Source: Candidatus Fervidifonticultor sextus (lineage in GTDB: Bacteria; Sysuimicrobiota; Sysuimicrobiia; Sysuimicrobiales; Humicultoraceae). Taken from it: a DNA stretch of 40,302 nucleotides. The notes under the pieces are model-generated. The model saw nothing but the letters and a program-made list of their open reading frames with translations. It searched no databases and was not told where the DNA came from. Every line of letters begins with the position of its first letter. Position 1 is the stretch's first letter. Position numbers and translations under genes: made by a program. Shown here piece after piece: positions 20,015 through 27,661 of this stretch. The stretch lies in NCBI GenBank assembly GCA_031459875.1, contig JAVKHQ010000024.1, forward strand, positions 1-40,302, given 5' to 3'.

Positions 20015-21022
20015 GTGATCGTCGAAGCGCGCGCGCCCACCCGCATCGACCTGGCCGGCGGCACCCTTGACATCCATCCTTTGTACCTGCTGGAGGATGA
20101 CGCCTGGACGGTCAACGCCGCGGTGGAGATCCCGGTGCGCGTGCGCCTGACTCCGGCGCGCTTGGGGTTCGTTGTCGCGTCGAGGGATCTCGGCCACCGC
20201 GTCGCGGCGGAGTCGGTGGCCCACCTGCCCACCGGCGGGCCGCTGGACCTGGCCTGCCGGGCCCTCAGGGCCGCCGCGCCCCATCGGGGGCTCGTGGCCA
20301 CGCTCGAATCCTCTGCGCCGCCGGGCTCGGGCCTGGGCGCGTCGTCGGCGCTGCTGGTGGCGCTGCTGGCGGCCCTCGACCGCGCCTCGCGCCGGCGCCG
20401 CAGCCTCGCCGACCTCGTCGCGCTGGCCTGGCGCCTGGAGGCGCAGTCGCTGCGGACGCTCACGGGCCGGCAGGACTACCTGGCCGCCGTGCGCGGCGGC
20501 GTGAATGCCATCCGCTTTGGGGTCGACGGCGACCATGTCGAGCCGCTGCTGCCCGCGGCGTCTGCCCGCCGGGCCCTGCAGGGACGCCTCGTCGTCGCCT
20601 ACACCGGCCGACCGCATACCTCCGGCCTGACCAACTGGGGCGTCGTCCGCGCCTACCTGGACGGGGTGCCCGGCACCGTGAACCGGTTGCGGCACATCGC
20701 CCGGGTCGCCCGTGAGATGCGGGACGCCCTGCGCGCCCGCGACTTGGATGCCCTGGGCGACCTGGTCGCGCAGGAGTGGGCGTACCGGCGCGAACTGGCC
20801 TCGGGCGTCTCCACCCCGGTGATCGAGCGGGCACTGGCCGTGGCACGCCGGCACGGCGGGCTCGCCGGCAAGGCCTGCGGCGCCGGCGGCGGCGGCTGCG
20901 TGCTCATCGTCGTCCGCGCGGGCCACAAGGGGCGGTGCGAGGCCGGCCTGCGCAATGCCGGCTTCCCCGTGCTGCGGGTGCGGATCGCCCCGCGGGGGCT
21001 GCGGGTGCGGGCTGTGGGGTAG
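20015..21022 (+). CDS. GHMP-family sugar kinase (HddA-like)
   Basis: APTRIDLAGGTLD, PPGSGLGASS, GRQD, KACGAGGGGC. Confidence 0.9.
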   Translation: MIVEARAPTRIDLAGGTLDIHPLYLLEDDAWTVNAAVEIPVRVRLTPARLGFVVASRDLGHRVAAESVAHLPTGGPLDLACRALRAAAPHRGLVATLESSAPPGSGLGASSALLVALLAALDRASRRRRSLADLVALAWRLEAQSLRTLTGRQDYLAAVRGGVNAIRFGVDGDHVEPLLPAASARRALQGRLVVAYTGRPHTSGLTNWGVVRAYLDGVPGTVNRLRHIARVAREMRDALRARDLDALGDLVAQEWAYRRELASGVSTPVIERALAVARRHGGLAGKACGAGGGGCVLIVVRAGHKGRCEAGLRNAGFPVLRVRIAPRGLRVRAVG

Positions 21023-21036
21023 GCGACCTGGCCGGC

Positions 21037-22227
21037 ATGGCGCTGCGCACCGACCGCAACCTGCACCTCCTCTTCGCCTCGCTTCTGCTCTGGATGTTCG
21101 GCATCGCCCTCTACGAGCACCTCATCCCCATCCACGCCCGCAACCTCGGTGCCTCGGCGGTCGAACTCGGCACGCTGTTCACGCTGCGCCACCTGGGCCT
21201 GGCCGTCGGCTTCCTGATCGGATGGGCGGTGGTCGACCGGCTGTCCCGGCGCACGCTCATGGTCGCCTCGTGGCTGCTGGGCGTACCAGTGCCGCTCATG
21301 CTGGCCGCCGCGCCCACGTACCTCTGGTTGCTGCCGGGGCTGCTGCTATATGAACTGACCTACTTCGGGCTGCCCGCGATCCAGGCGTACGTCGCCGACC
21401 GCGTACCGGCCGGCGAGCGGGCCTCGGCTTACGGCATCATGGGGACGATCACCTCGGTCGGCTTCCTGGTCTCGCCGACCGCTGGCGGGGCGATGGCCGA
21501 CCGGTGGGGCATTCCCACCGTCCTGGTGGTCGCGTCCGTGCTCTTCCTGCTGTCTGCGATCCTGATCTTCAGGGTGCAGCACAGCGGGCCGGGCACCATG
21601 CCGGCCGCAGGATCCGCACGGCTGTCGTGGCAGGACGTCCGGCCGTTGCTGCCGGTGCTGGCGTTTTACGCGGGCACGCAACTCGTCGTCTACCTCACGG
21701 TCCCGTTCCTGGCGCCGTTCCTGCGCGAGGTGCGCAGGCTCTCGCTGGCCGAGATCGGCGTCCTCGGCTCCATGGTGGCGGTGGGCGCGGTGGCGCTGAC
21801 CCCGGTTGCCGGCCGGCTCGGCGACCGCTTCGGGACGGCGCCGGTGCTCGCCGGGCAACTGGTGGTGTTCGCTATGGGGATCCTCCTGACGGTCCTCGGC
21901 CCGGCCGCATTGCTGCCCCTGTTCGCCGTGCTCCGCTGCCGCGCGCCGCTCAACGCTCTGGCCCAGGCGATGATCGGGGCGCGGGCGCCCTCGGCCATCG
22001 TCGGCCGGACCTTCTCGATCGCCGGGATGCTCTCGGCGCTGCTCGCGGCGTTCGGGTCCTTCGTCGGCGGGTTCGCCTACCGCGCCGACCCGGCGTTGCC
22101 GCTGTATCTCTCTGCGGGGCTCGCCATCACCCTGGGGGTGGCGCTCTTGCGGGGAACGGGGAGCGCGGCATCCCTGCCGGCGGACGCGCGACCGGCCGCC
22201 GACCCCCCGGAGGCCGGAGAGCCGTGA
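21037..22227 (+). CDS. MFS transporter
   Basis: About 12 hydrophobic segments; G.VVDRLSRR and AGRLGDRFG motif-A loops. Confidence 0.9.
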   Translation: MALRTDRNLHLLFASLLLWMFGIALYEHLIPIHARNLGASAVELGTLFTLRHLGLAVGFLIGWAVVDRLSRRTLMVASWLLGVPVPLMLAAAPTYLWLLPGLLLYELTYFGLPAIQAYVADRVPAGERASAYGIMGTITSVGFLVSPTAGGAMADRWGIPTVLVVASVLFLLSAILIFRVQHSGPGTMPAAGSARLSWQDVRPLLPVLAFYAGTQLVVYLTVPFLAPFLREVRRLSLAEIGVLGSMVAVGAVALTPVAGRLGDRFGTAPVLAGQLVVFAMGILLTVLGPAALLPLFAVLRCRAPLNALAQAMIGARAPSAIVGRTFSIAGMLSALLAAFGSFVGGFAYRADPALPLYLSAGLAITLGVALLRGTGSAASLPADARPAADPPEAGEP

Positions 22228-23390
22228 CGCTCGAGGAAGCGGTCAAAGCGCGGGCCGTCGAGATCGGCTTCGATCTTGTCGGGATCACCACGGCGGATCC
22301 GTTCCCCGAGGCCGACGCCGCCTACCAGCGATGGATCGAGGCCGGCATGCACGCGGGCATGGCGTACATGGCGGCCCACCGCGACCGTGTGGGCTCCCCG
22401 CGCCGCGCGCGGCCCGGCGCCCGATCCATTGTGGCCGTGGCGATGAACTACTACGCCGGCGAGCCCTCCCCGCCGCAGGACGGGGAACTGCGCGGCCGGA
22501 TCGCCCGGTACGCCTGGGGAGACGACTACCACCGGGTGATGGAGACGCGGTTGCGCGCGCTGAGCGGGTTCCTCGTGGCGCAGGGCGCGACGCTGGCCCA
22601 CTACTACGTGGATACCGGTCCGACCCTCGACCGCGCCATCGCCCAGCGCGCGGGGTTGGGCTGGTGCGGCCGCCACAGTTGCCTGATCACGAAATCCTAT
22701 GGCACCTGGGTCGTGCTGGGCGAGATCCTCACCGACCTGGCGCTCCGGCCCGACCCCCCGGCTGAGGGCGACTGCGGATTGTGCTGGAACTGCATGCACG
22801 GGTCCGAAGCCTGCCCGACCGGCGCCATCGTCGCCCCCGGGGTCGTGGACGCGCGCAGGTGCATCTCCTACTGGACCATCGAGCACCGCGGCTGGATCCC
22901 CCGCGAGGTGCGGCCCGCGCTCCAGGACATGATCTTCGGCTGCGACCTCTGCCAGGAGGCCTGCCCGTTCAACCGGCTGGCCAGGCCCACGGCGCATCCC
23001 GAGTTCCGTCCGCGGCCCGAGATCGGCACGCATCCCAGGCTGCTGCCCCTGCTGAACCTTTCCGAGGCAGACTATCACCGTCTCTTCCGCCGCAGCGCGG
23101 TCAAGCGGGCCGGCCGCAGCGGGCTGCGCCGCAACGTGGCCGTCGCGCTGGGCAACCTCGGCGATGAGCGCGCGGTCCCCGGGCTGACCGCCGCGCTGGG
23201 CGATCCCGCCGACCCGGTGGTGCGGGGGCACGCGGCCTGGGCGCTGGGCCGCATCGGGGGCCGGGCCGCGCGGGATGCCCTGGAGGCCGCGCGCCGCACC
23301 GAGTGCGATCCCGCAGTGGCCGGCGAGATCCAGGCCGCGCTGGAGGAGGGATGGGAGGTGCCGGCGCGGCGCGAATCCGATTACCGGTGA
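22224..23390 (+). CDS. queG: tRNA epoxyqueuosine(34) reductase QueG with C-terminal HEAT repeats
   Basis: IARYAWGDDYH, YVDTGP, AGLGW.G, DARRCISYWTIE, FGCDLCQEACPFN, LRRNVAVALGN, VRGHAAWALG. Confidence 0.95.
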   Translation: MTLEEAVKARAVEIGFDLVGITTADPFPEADAAYQRWIEAGMHAGMAYMAAHRDRVGSPRRARPGARSIVAVAMNYYAGEPSPPQDGELRGRIARYAWGDDYHRVMETRLRALSGFLVAQGATLAHYYVDTGPTLDRAIAQRAGLGWCGRHSCLITKSYGTWVVLGEILTDLALRPDPPAEGDCGLCWNCMHGSEACPTGAIVAPGVVDARRCISYWTIEHRGWIPREVRPALQDMIFGCDLCQEACPFNRLARPTAHPEFRPRPEIGTHPRLLPLLNLSEADYHRLFRRSAVKRAGRSGLRRNVAVALGNLGDERAVPGLTAALGDPADPVVRGHAAWALGRIGGRAARDALEAARRTECDPAVAGEIQAALEEGWEVPARRESDYR

Positions 23391-24313
23391 GCGCGCTGGC
23401 CCTCTGGACTGGTCTGACGAAGATGGCCGTGCTCGCGGCCGCGGCCGTTGCGGCGCAGCCCGGCTTCGCCTCCCTGCACGTGGACATCTGGCCCGAGCAC
23501 GACGATCCCAGGGTGCTGGTGATCTACCGCGGCACGCTGAACAGCGCCGTCAGCCTGCCCTATGCCCTGACCTTTGACATCCCCACCTCGGGCCAGGTGA
23601 ACGCCGCCGCCTACCGCGCCGCAGACGGCCAGCTCTATTCGGTCCCGTATCAATACCGGCAGGACGGCGACCGCCTCCAGGTGACCATGACCATCCCCGA
23701 GCGCGGGTTCCAGTTCGAGTACTATGTGGACGCGATCAGCGGGCTGCCGCAGCGGTCGTTCTCGGTGAGCCTGGTCTTCCCGCTTCCGGCAGACGACCTC
23801 CGAGTCTCCGTCGAAGAGCCGCTGCGGTCGTCGGCATTTGTGCTGGCCCCGGCGGCGGACGGCTCGACGGCGACCGCCGCGGGGTTGTTGCATCACCTCT
23901 ACGCGGTGGGGCCCTGGCCTGCCGGCAGGACCTGGAGCGTGAGGGCGACCTACCGGAAGCCGGACGCCACCCCTTCGGTGCCGCGCGCCGTGGCCGCCCC
24001 CGGTCCTGCGCCTGGTGGACCTGCGGCCGTCACGCCGTCGCCTGGGACGGTGTCGGGCTGGCTGTGGGGCGCGGCCGCCCTGCTGGGCGTCGTCGGCGTG
24101 GCGGTCGTGGGAGTTCGTCTGGGCTGGTGGAGGCGAGGGGGACAGCGGACACCCGGCCGGGCCCAGGGGGCGCGGCCCGCCCCGGCCGTAGGGGCGCATT
24201 CGAAGGAGAAGCGGCGCCGGGGCGGCCCGGTGCGCGTGCACTGCGCCGCCTGCGGGGCCCGCGCCAGGTCCGGGGACCGCTTCTGTAGCCGCTGCGGGAA
24301 GCCGCTGCCGTGA
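23387..24313 (+). CDS. Membrane protein: exported N-terminal domain, TM, C-terminal zinc ribbon
   Basis: Signal peptide, VDIWPEHDDPRVLVIY, FQFEYY, TM helix, CAACG..RSGDRFCSRCG; GTGA overlap with queG. Confidence 0.8.
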   Translation: MSALALWTGLTKMAVLAAAAVAAQPGFASLHVDIWPEHDDPRVLVIYRGTLNSAVSLPYALTFDIPTSGQVNAAAYRAADGQLYSVPYQYRQDGDRLQVTMTIPERGFQFEYYVDAISGLPQRSFSVSLVFPLPADDLRVSVEEPLRSSAFVLAPAADGSTATAAGLLHHLYAVGPWPAGRTWSVRATYRKPDATPSVPRAVAAPGPAPGGPAAVTPSPGTVSGWLWGAAALLGVVGVAVVGVRLGWWRRGGQRTPGRAQGARPAPAVGAHSKEKRRRGGPVRVHCAACGARARSGDRFCSRCGKPLP

Positions 24314-24362
24314 GGTACGGTGCGCGCCCTGGAGGAGACCGGCTGTTCGAGGAAGAATAGGG

Positions 24363-24371
24363 TGGTATAAT
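24363..24371 (+). promoter_or_regulatory. Extended -10 promoter for tRNA-Gly
   Basis: TGGTATAAT, identical to the motif upstream of tRNA-Ser. Confidence 0.75.
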
Positions 24372-24383
24372 TCGAGATAGCGA

Positions 24384-24458
24384 GCGGGTGTAGCTCAGCG
24401 GTAGAGCATCGGCTTCCCAAGCCGAGGGTCGCGGGTTCAAATCCCGTCGCCCGCTCCA
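24384..24458 (+). tRNA. tRNA-Gly (anticodon CCC)
   Basis: GCGGGTG/CGCCCGC acceptor stem, TCGGC-TTCCCAA-GCCGA anticodon arm, GGTTCAAATCC, TCCA end. Confidence 0.97.
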
Positions 24459-24495
24459 GCCCACATCCAGAGCGGGTTCTCCCAACTTGGTCCGA

Positions 24496-24678
24496 TCAAT
24501 CGGCGCGCGACAGCCTGCTTTCCGTCGTTTCCACGAATGCCTTGCCCCAATAGCATTCGTCGCACAGGCGGAGCGAGACGCCTTGCTCCTCCGCCGTGAT
24601 CGTTGCTCGCCGCAGACCGCAACGGTAGCAGCTATCCGTCGGCTCGATCTCGCGTCCCTGCCATACGATTGGCTTCAT
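24496..24678 (-). CDS. Small CxxC...CxxC (zinc-finger-like) protein, 60 aa
   Basis: MKPIVWQGREIEPTDSCYRCG...RLCDECYWG; GGGGA upstream; co-oriented just downstream of the OsmC gene. Confidence 0.65.
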   Translation of the reverse strand: MKPIVWQGREIEPTDSCYRCGLRRATITAEEQGVSLRLCDECYWGKAFVETTESRLSRAD

Positions 24679-24709
24679 GGTGCGATCCCCCGGTCGTGAT
24701 GTGCCGGGC

Positions 24710-25186
24710 TCAGGGAACCGGTGCCGGTGGTCTTGCTGTTGGGGCATCGCCGGCCTCCCCAACCCTGACAGCGACGTCTACGGGCACGCCGTGCCGGACG
24801 CTCTCGGTAACGATGCAGAAGTCCTCAAAGAGCTGGCGGCACCGCTCTACCGACCCCTGCTGGGCAGGATCGACCCCGCTGACGTCAATCTCGACGTTGA
24901 GGCCGGCCACCCGCCACCGCCCGCGGTCGTTGCGCCGGATTGAGGCCGTGACTTCTGTGGTGATGCGGGCGCCTTCCACGCGCGATTTCTGCAGGCAGAA
25001 CTGCAGGCTGCTCGACAGGCAATGCCCGACGGCCACCGCCAGCATCCGGGCCGGGTTGGGACCCTGGCCGCGGCCGATGGGCGGGGCTTCATCGACCGTG
25101 AGCGCCCAATGGGGCTGCTCCATCTCCACGGCGAAGCGGTACCCTTCGTGCTGGGTCAGCCGGACCGTCGCCTGCATCTCCTCCAC
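24710..25186 (-). CDS. OsmC/Ohr family protein
   Basis: DEAPPIG.GQGPNP, AVGHCL, FEDFCIVTESV (two conserved Cys); GGAGGT RBS before GTG 25186. Confidence 0.9.
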   Translation of the reverse strand: MEEMQATVRLTQHEGYRFAVEMEQPHWALTVDEAPPIGRGQGPNPARMLAVAVGHCLSSSLQFCLQKSRVEGARITTEVTASIRRNDRGRWRVAGLNVEIDVSGVDPAQQGSVERCRQLFEDFCIVTESVRHGVPVDVAVRVGEAGDAPTARPPAPVP

Positions 25187-25325
25187 TTGACCTCCCACCC
25201 TTCGGGCCCATTCCCCCTTTGTTGTCCGCCGCCACGGGCCCCGATCGGAGCCCCCGCAGGCGGTGAGCGGGACTCTTCGACCTGCGCTGCCGCATGGTCC
25301 TCAGCCCGCCCACCGCCAGGCGCCA

Positions 25326-25787
25326 TTACTGAACTGATACGGTGACCTTCTTCGGCATCACCGCAGGGCTCTTGGGTAGCGTGATCGCCAGCACGCCCTG
25401 GCGGAACGTCGCCTTGACCTTGTCCCCGTCCACCTCCATGGGCAGGTCGAACGTCGCCGCAAACCGCCCCACCGGCCGCTCTCGGCACAGGTAGCGCTCC
25501 TCGGCGACGTCCTCCGCCTTGCGCTGCCCCCTGACGGTGAGCACGGTTCCTTCCAGAGTGATCTGGATGTCCTCCTGGCTGACACCGGGGAGGTCGATCC
25601 TGGCCTCCAGGTGGTCCCCGGCGTCAAAGAGGTCTGCGTCGGGAACCACGACGGAGTCCTCTGCCCTGCGCAGCCGCCGGGGGACGATCCCCCGCTCGAC
25701 CCAGCGGTCCACCTCACGGCGCAGGTCCTCCATCTCTTTCCACGGATTCCACGTATGGATCGCGGACCGAACCGGTACCAGACGCAT
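25326..25787 (-). CDS. Hsp20/alpha-crystallin small heat-shock protein
   Basis: DLPGVSQEDI, LTVRGQRK, RERPVGRF, ATFRQGVLAITLPK; GGAGG RBS. Confidence 0.95.
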   Translation of the reverse strand: MRLVPVRSAIHTWNPWKEMEDLRREVDRWVERGIVPRRLRRAEDSVVVPDADLFDAGDHLEARIDLPGVSQEDIQITLEGTVLTVRGQRKAEDVAEERYLCRERPVGRFAATFDLPMEVDGDKVKATFRQGVLAITLPKSPAVMPKKVTVSVQ

Positions 25788-25829
25788 CGTCATTCCCTCC
25801 TGTGCTTCGGATGTGCAGATCTCGCCCAG

Positions 25830-25858
25830 ATCATACCCTACCCCCCAGGGTAAGTCAA
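25830..25858 (-). promoter_or_regulatory. Sigma70 promoter of hsp20-osmC
   Basis: TTGACT (25858-25853), 17 bp spacer, TATGAT (25835-25830). Confidence 0.8.
25839..25852. promoter_or_regulatory. CsoR/CstR/RcnR-type operator
   Basis: TACCCCCCAGGGTA (TAC-C-tract/G-tract-GTA) inside the promoter spacer; a family repressor is encoded about 850 bp away. Confidence 0.7.
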
Positions 25859-25876
25859 GAGGGACGCTGCCCCCGC

Positions 25877-25906
25877 TTGACAGCCATCCCTTCAGAAAGC
25901 TATACT
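25877..25906 (+). promoter_or_regulatory. Sigma70 promoter of the PDO-repressor operon
   Basis: TTGACA (25877-25882), 18 bp spacer, TATACT (25901-25906). Confidence 0.75.
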
Positions 25907-25937
25907 CTACCTGGTAGTGTAACATTTTGGGAGGAGG

Positions 25938-26678
25938 GTGGCTGAGTCCATGGCGCTGCTGAAGCCGGCGGATATACAGGCCTTGCGCGCGCGGTTCGCC
26001 CGGGACCTGATGCATCCTGTGACGATCACCTTGTTCACCTCATCGGCTGGCGGCCTGACCGTGCCCGGGGTGGACTGCCGGTACTGCGGGACGACCCAGC
26101 AGTTATTGGAGGAGGTCGCGGCGCTGGATCCTCGCCTCACCCTGGTGATCCGCAGCATCGTCACCGAGCGCGGTGCCGCGCGGGCCGCCGATGTGGAGAG
26201 GATCCCTGCCATCCTGATCGGCCGCAACGGGGACGCACGCATCCGCTACTATGGGATTCCGGCCGGCTTTGAGTTTAGCGTGCTGGTCGATGGCCTGGTC
26301 GCTGCGTCCCGTACAGATGGCGACCTGAGCCCGCAGACGCGCCAGGCCCTGAGGGCACTGACGAAGGATGTGCACCTGCAGGTCTTTGTGACCCCCACCT
26401 GCCCCTACTGCCCCCGGGCGGCGCACCTGGCCTATGCGATGGCCGCAGCGTCCCCGCGGGTGCGGGCGGACGTCGTCGAGGCGAACGAGTTCTCCGCGTT
26501 GGCCGAACGCTATGAAGTCTACGGTGTCCCGAAGATCGTGATCAATGACGTGGTGAGCTTCGAGGGCGCCGTTCCCGAGCCGGCGTTCCTGTCCTACGTG
26601 CTCCAGGCCGTCGGGCCCGACCCCGATGGGGGGTACGCGGAGCATTCCAGCCGCCAGGGAGTCGAATCGCGCGCGTAG
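25938..26678 (+). CDS. Protein disulfide oxidoreductase (double thioredoxin fold, AhpF-NTD/PDO type); start may be 25950
   Basis: CRYC and TPTCPYCP active sites, GIPAGFEF, VYGVPKIVIND, FEGAVPE. Confidence 0.92.
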   Translation: MAESMALLKPADIQALRARFARDLMHPVTITLFTSSAGGLTVPGVDCRYCGTTQQLLEEVAALDPRLTLVIRSIVTERGAARAADVERIPAILIGRNGDARIRYYGIPAGFEFSVLVDGLVAASRTDGDLSPQTRQALRALTKDVHLQVFVTPTCPYCPRAAHLAYAMAAASPRVRADVVEANEFSALAERYEVYGVPKIVINDVVSFEGAVPEPAFLSYVLQAVGPDPDGGYAEHSSRQGVESRA

Positions 26679-26703
26679 GTCCGGACTGAGGAGGAATCCT
26701 TTT

Positions 26704-26988
26704 ATGTCGCCTTCGGTGAAGGTCAGCGATGATGTCCTTGAGTCGGTCCAGGCGCGGTTGCGGCGTATCGAGGGCCAGGTCAAAGGGCTGCAGCGCATGC
26801 TGGCGGAGGGCCGGGACTGCGCCGAGGTAATCCAGCAGACGGCCGCGGTCCGATCGGCCCTCGACGGCGTGGCACTGGAGTTGCTGAGGGCGGGACTGGA
26901 GCAGTGCGTGCGGGATGAAGTCAGGGGCAAGTCCCGCGACCGCCGGGCGCTGGACAGGCTCCAGCGGGCATTCCTGACGCTGCGGTAA
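26704..26988 (+). CDS. CsoR/RcnR/CstR-family transcriptional repressor
   Basis: RLRRIEGQVKGLQRML.E.RDC.EV..Q..AVRSAL...GLEQC; GAGGAGG RBS. Confidence 0.93.
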   Translation: MSPSVKVSDDVLESVQARLRRIEGQVKGLQRMLAEGRDCAEVIQQTAAVRSALDGVALELLRAGLEQCVRDEVRGKSRDRRALDRLQRAFLTLR

Positions 26989-27120
26989 CTTCTCCCCACA
27001 ACGAAGTGGAGGTGCCGCATGCCGGACGTGACGTAACCGGGAGACGGCGTGCGGCTGCCGGCCGATGGGGAAACGGCGCGGGCCCGCGGAAGCGGTTCCC
27101 CAGGGCGTGCTTCGGCGCCT

Positions 27121-27549
27121 TCAGCCTCTCAAGTGCAGGAACGCAATACCGGTGTAGCGTCGGAAGTCGGCGTCGAACGCCACGAGCCGGGAGCCGCTGG
27201 CTGCGGCGAATGCGGCGAGGTAGGCGTCCGTCCACTGCCCGCCGCGCACGTCGAGCGTGCCGCTCCACCGCGCCAGCCACTCGTCCAGTCCGGCCGGCTC
27301 GGCCAGAAAGACGATCCGCGGGGTGGACAACCAAGTCGCCAGCGCACGCCAGGCCGCCGCGCCGTCGAGCGTGACCTCGCCGAGGACGCGCGGGTTCGTC
27401 GGGTGACGCAGCAGGGCGAGGGCCGTGACGCGGCAGAAGGCAAGCTGCTCGCCGGCTTCCACATCCCAGTAGCGCCGGGCGCGCTGGTAGTGAACGTGGT
27501 CGGGCGCGCTCAGAGGCAGCCACACGCTAACGTCGAGCAGATCGGGCAT
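27121..27549 (-). CDS. vapC: VapC-family PIN ribonuclease toxin
   Basis: LLDVSVW, H.HY..ARR.W, WTDAYLAAFA, LVAFDADF. Confidence 0.9.
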   Translation of the reverse strand: MPDLLDVSVWLPLSAPDHVHYQRARRYWDVEAGEQLAFCRVTALALLRHPTNPRVLGEVTLDGAAAWRALATWLSTPRIVFLAEPAGLDEWLARWSGTLDVRGGQWTDAYLAAFAAASGSRLVAFDADFRRYTGIAFLHLRG

Positions 27550-27661
27550 GCTTGTCCAGATCCTCTTCCTCCTCGATGCTCCGGAGGAGGGCTCGCGGGA
27601 CTGCCTGCCTGCTTGGCGGACAGGACCCAGGAATCTCGGCGGACGCGTCCAGCGTCAGCAT
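27527..27661 (-). pseudogene. 44-aa chimeric scar ORF: N-terminus of a second VapC fused to an antitoxin C-terminus
   Basis: MLTLDASA (PIN beta-1 like)...ALLRSIEEEEDLDKHARSARR*, overlapping the vapC start. Confidence 0.55.

Noticed and set aside
24384..24500. Prophage or ICE attachment at tRNA-Gly or tRNA-Ser
   Set aside because: No integrase and no duplicated tRNA 3' end were seen in the window.
27067..27121. GC hairpins between the repressor and vapC as an intrinsic terminator
   Set aside because: The stems are imperfect and lack a U-tract; not supportable in DNA this GC-rich.
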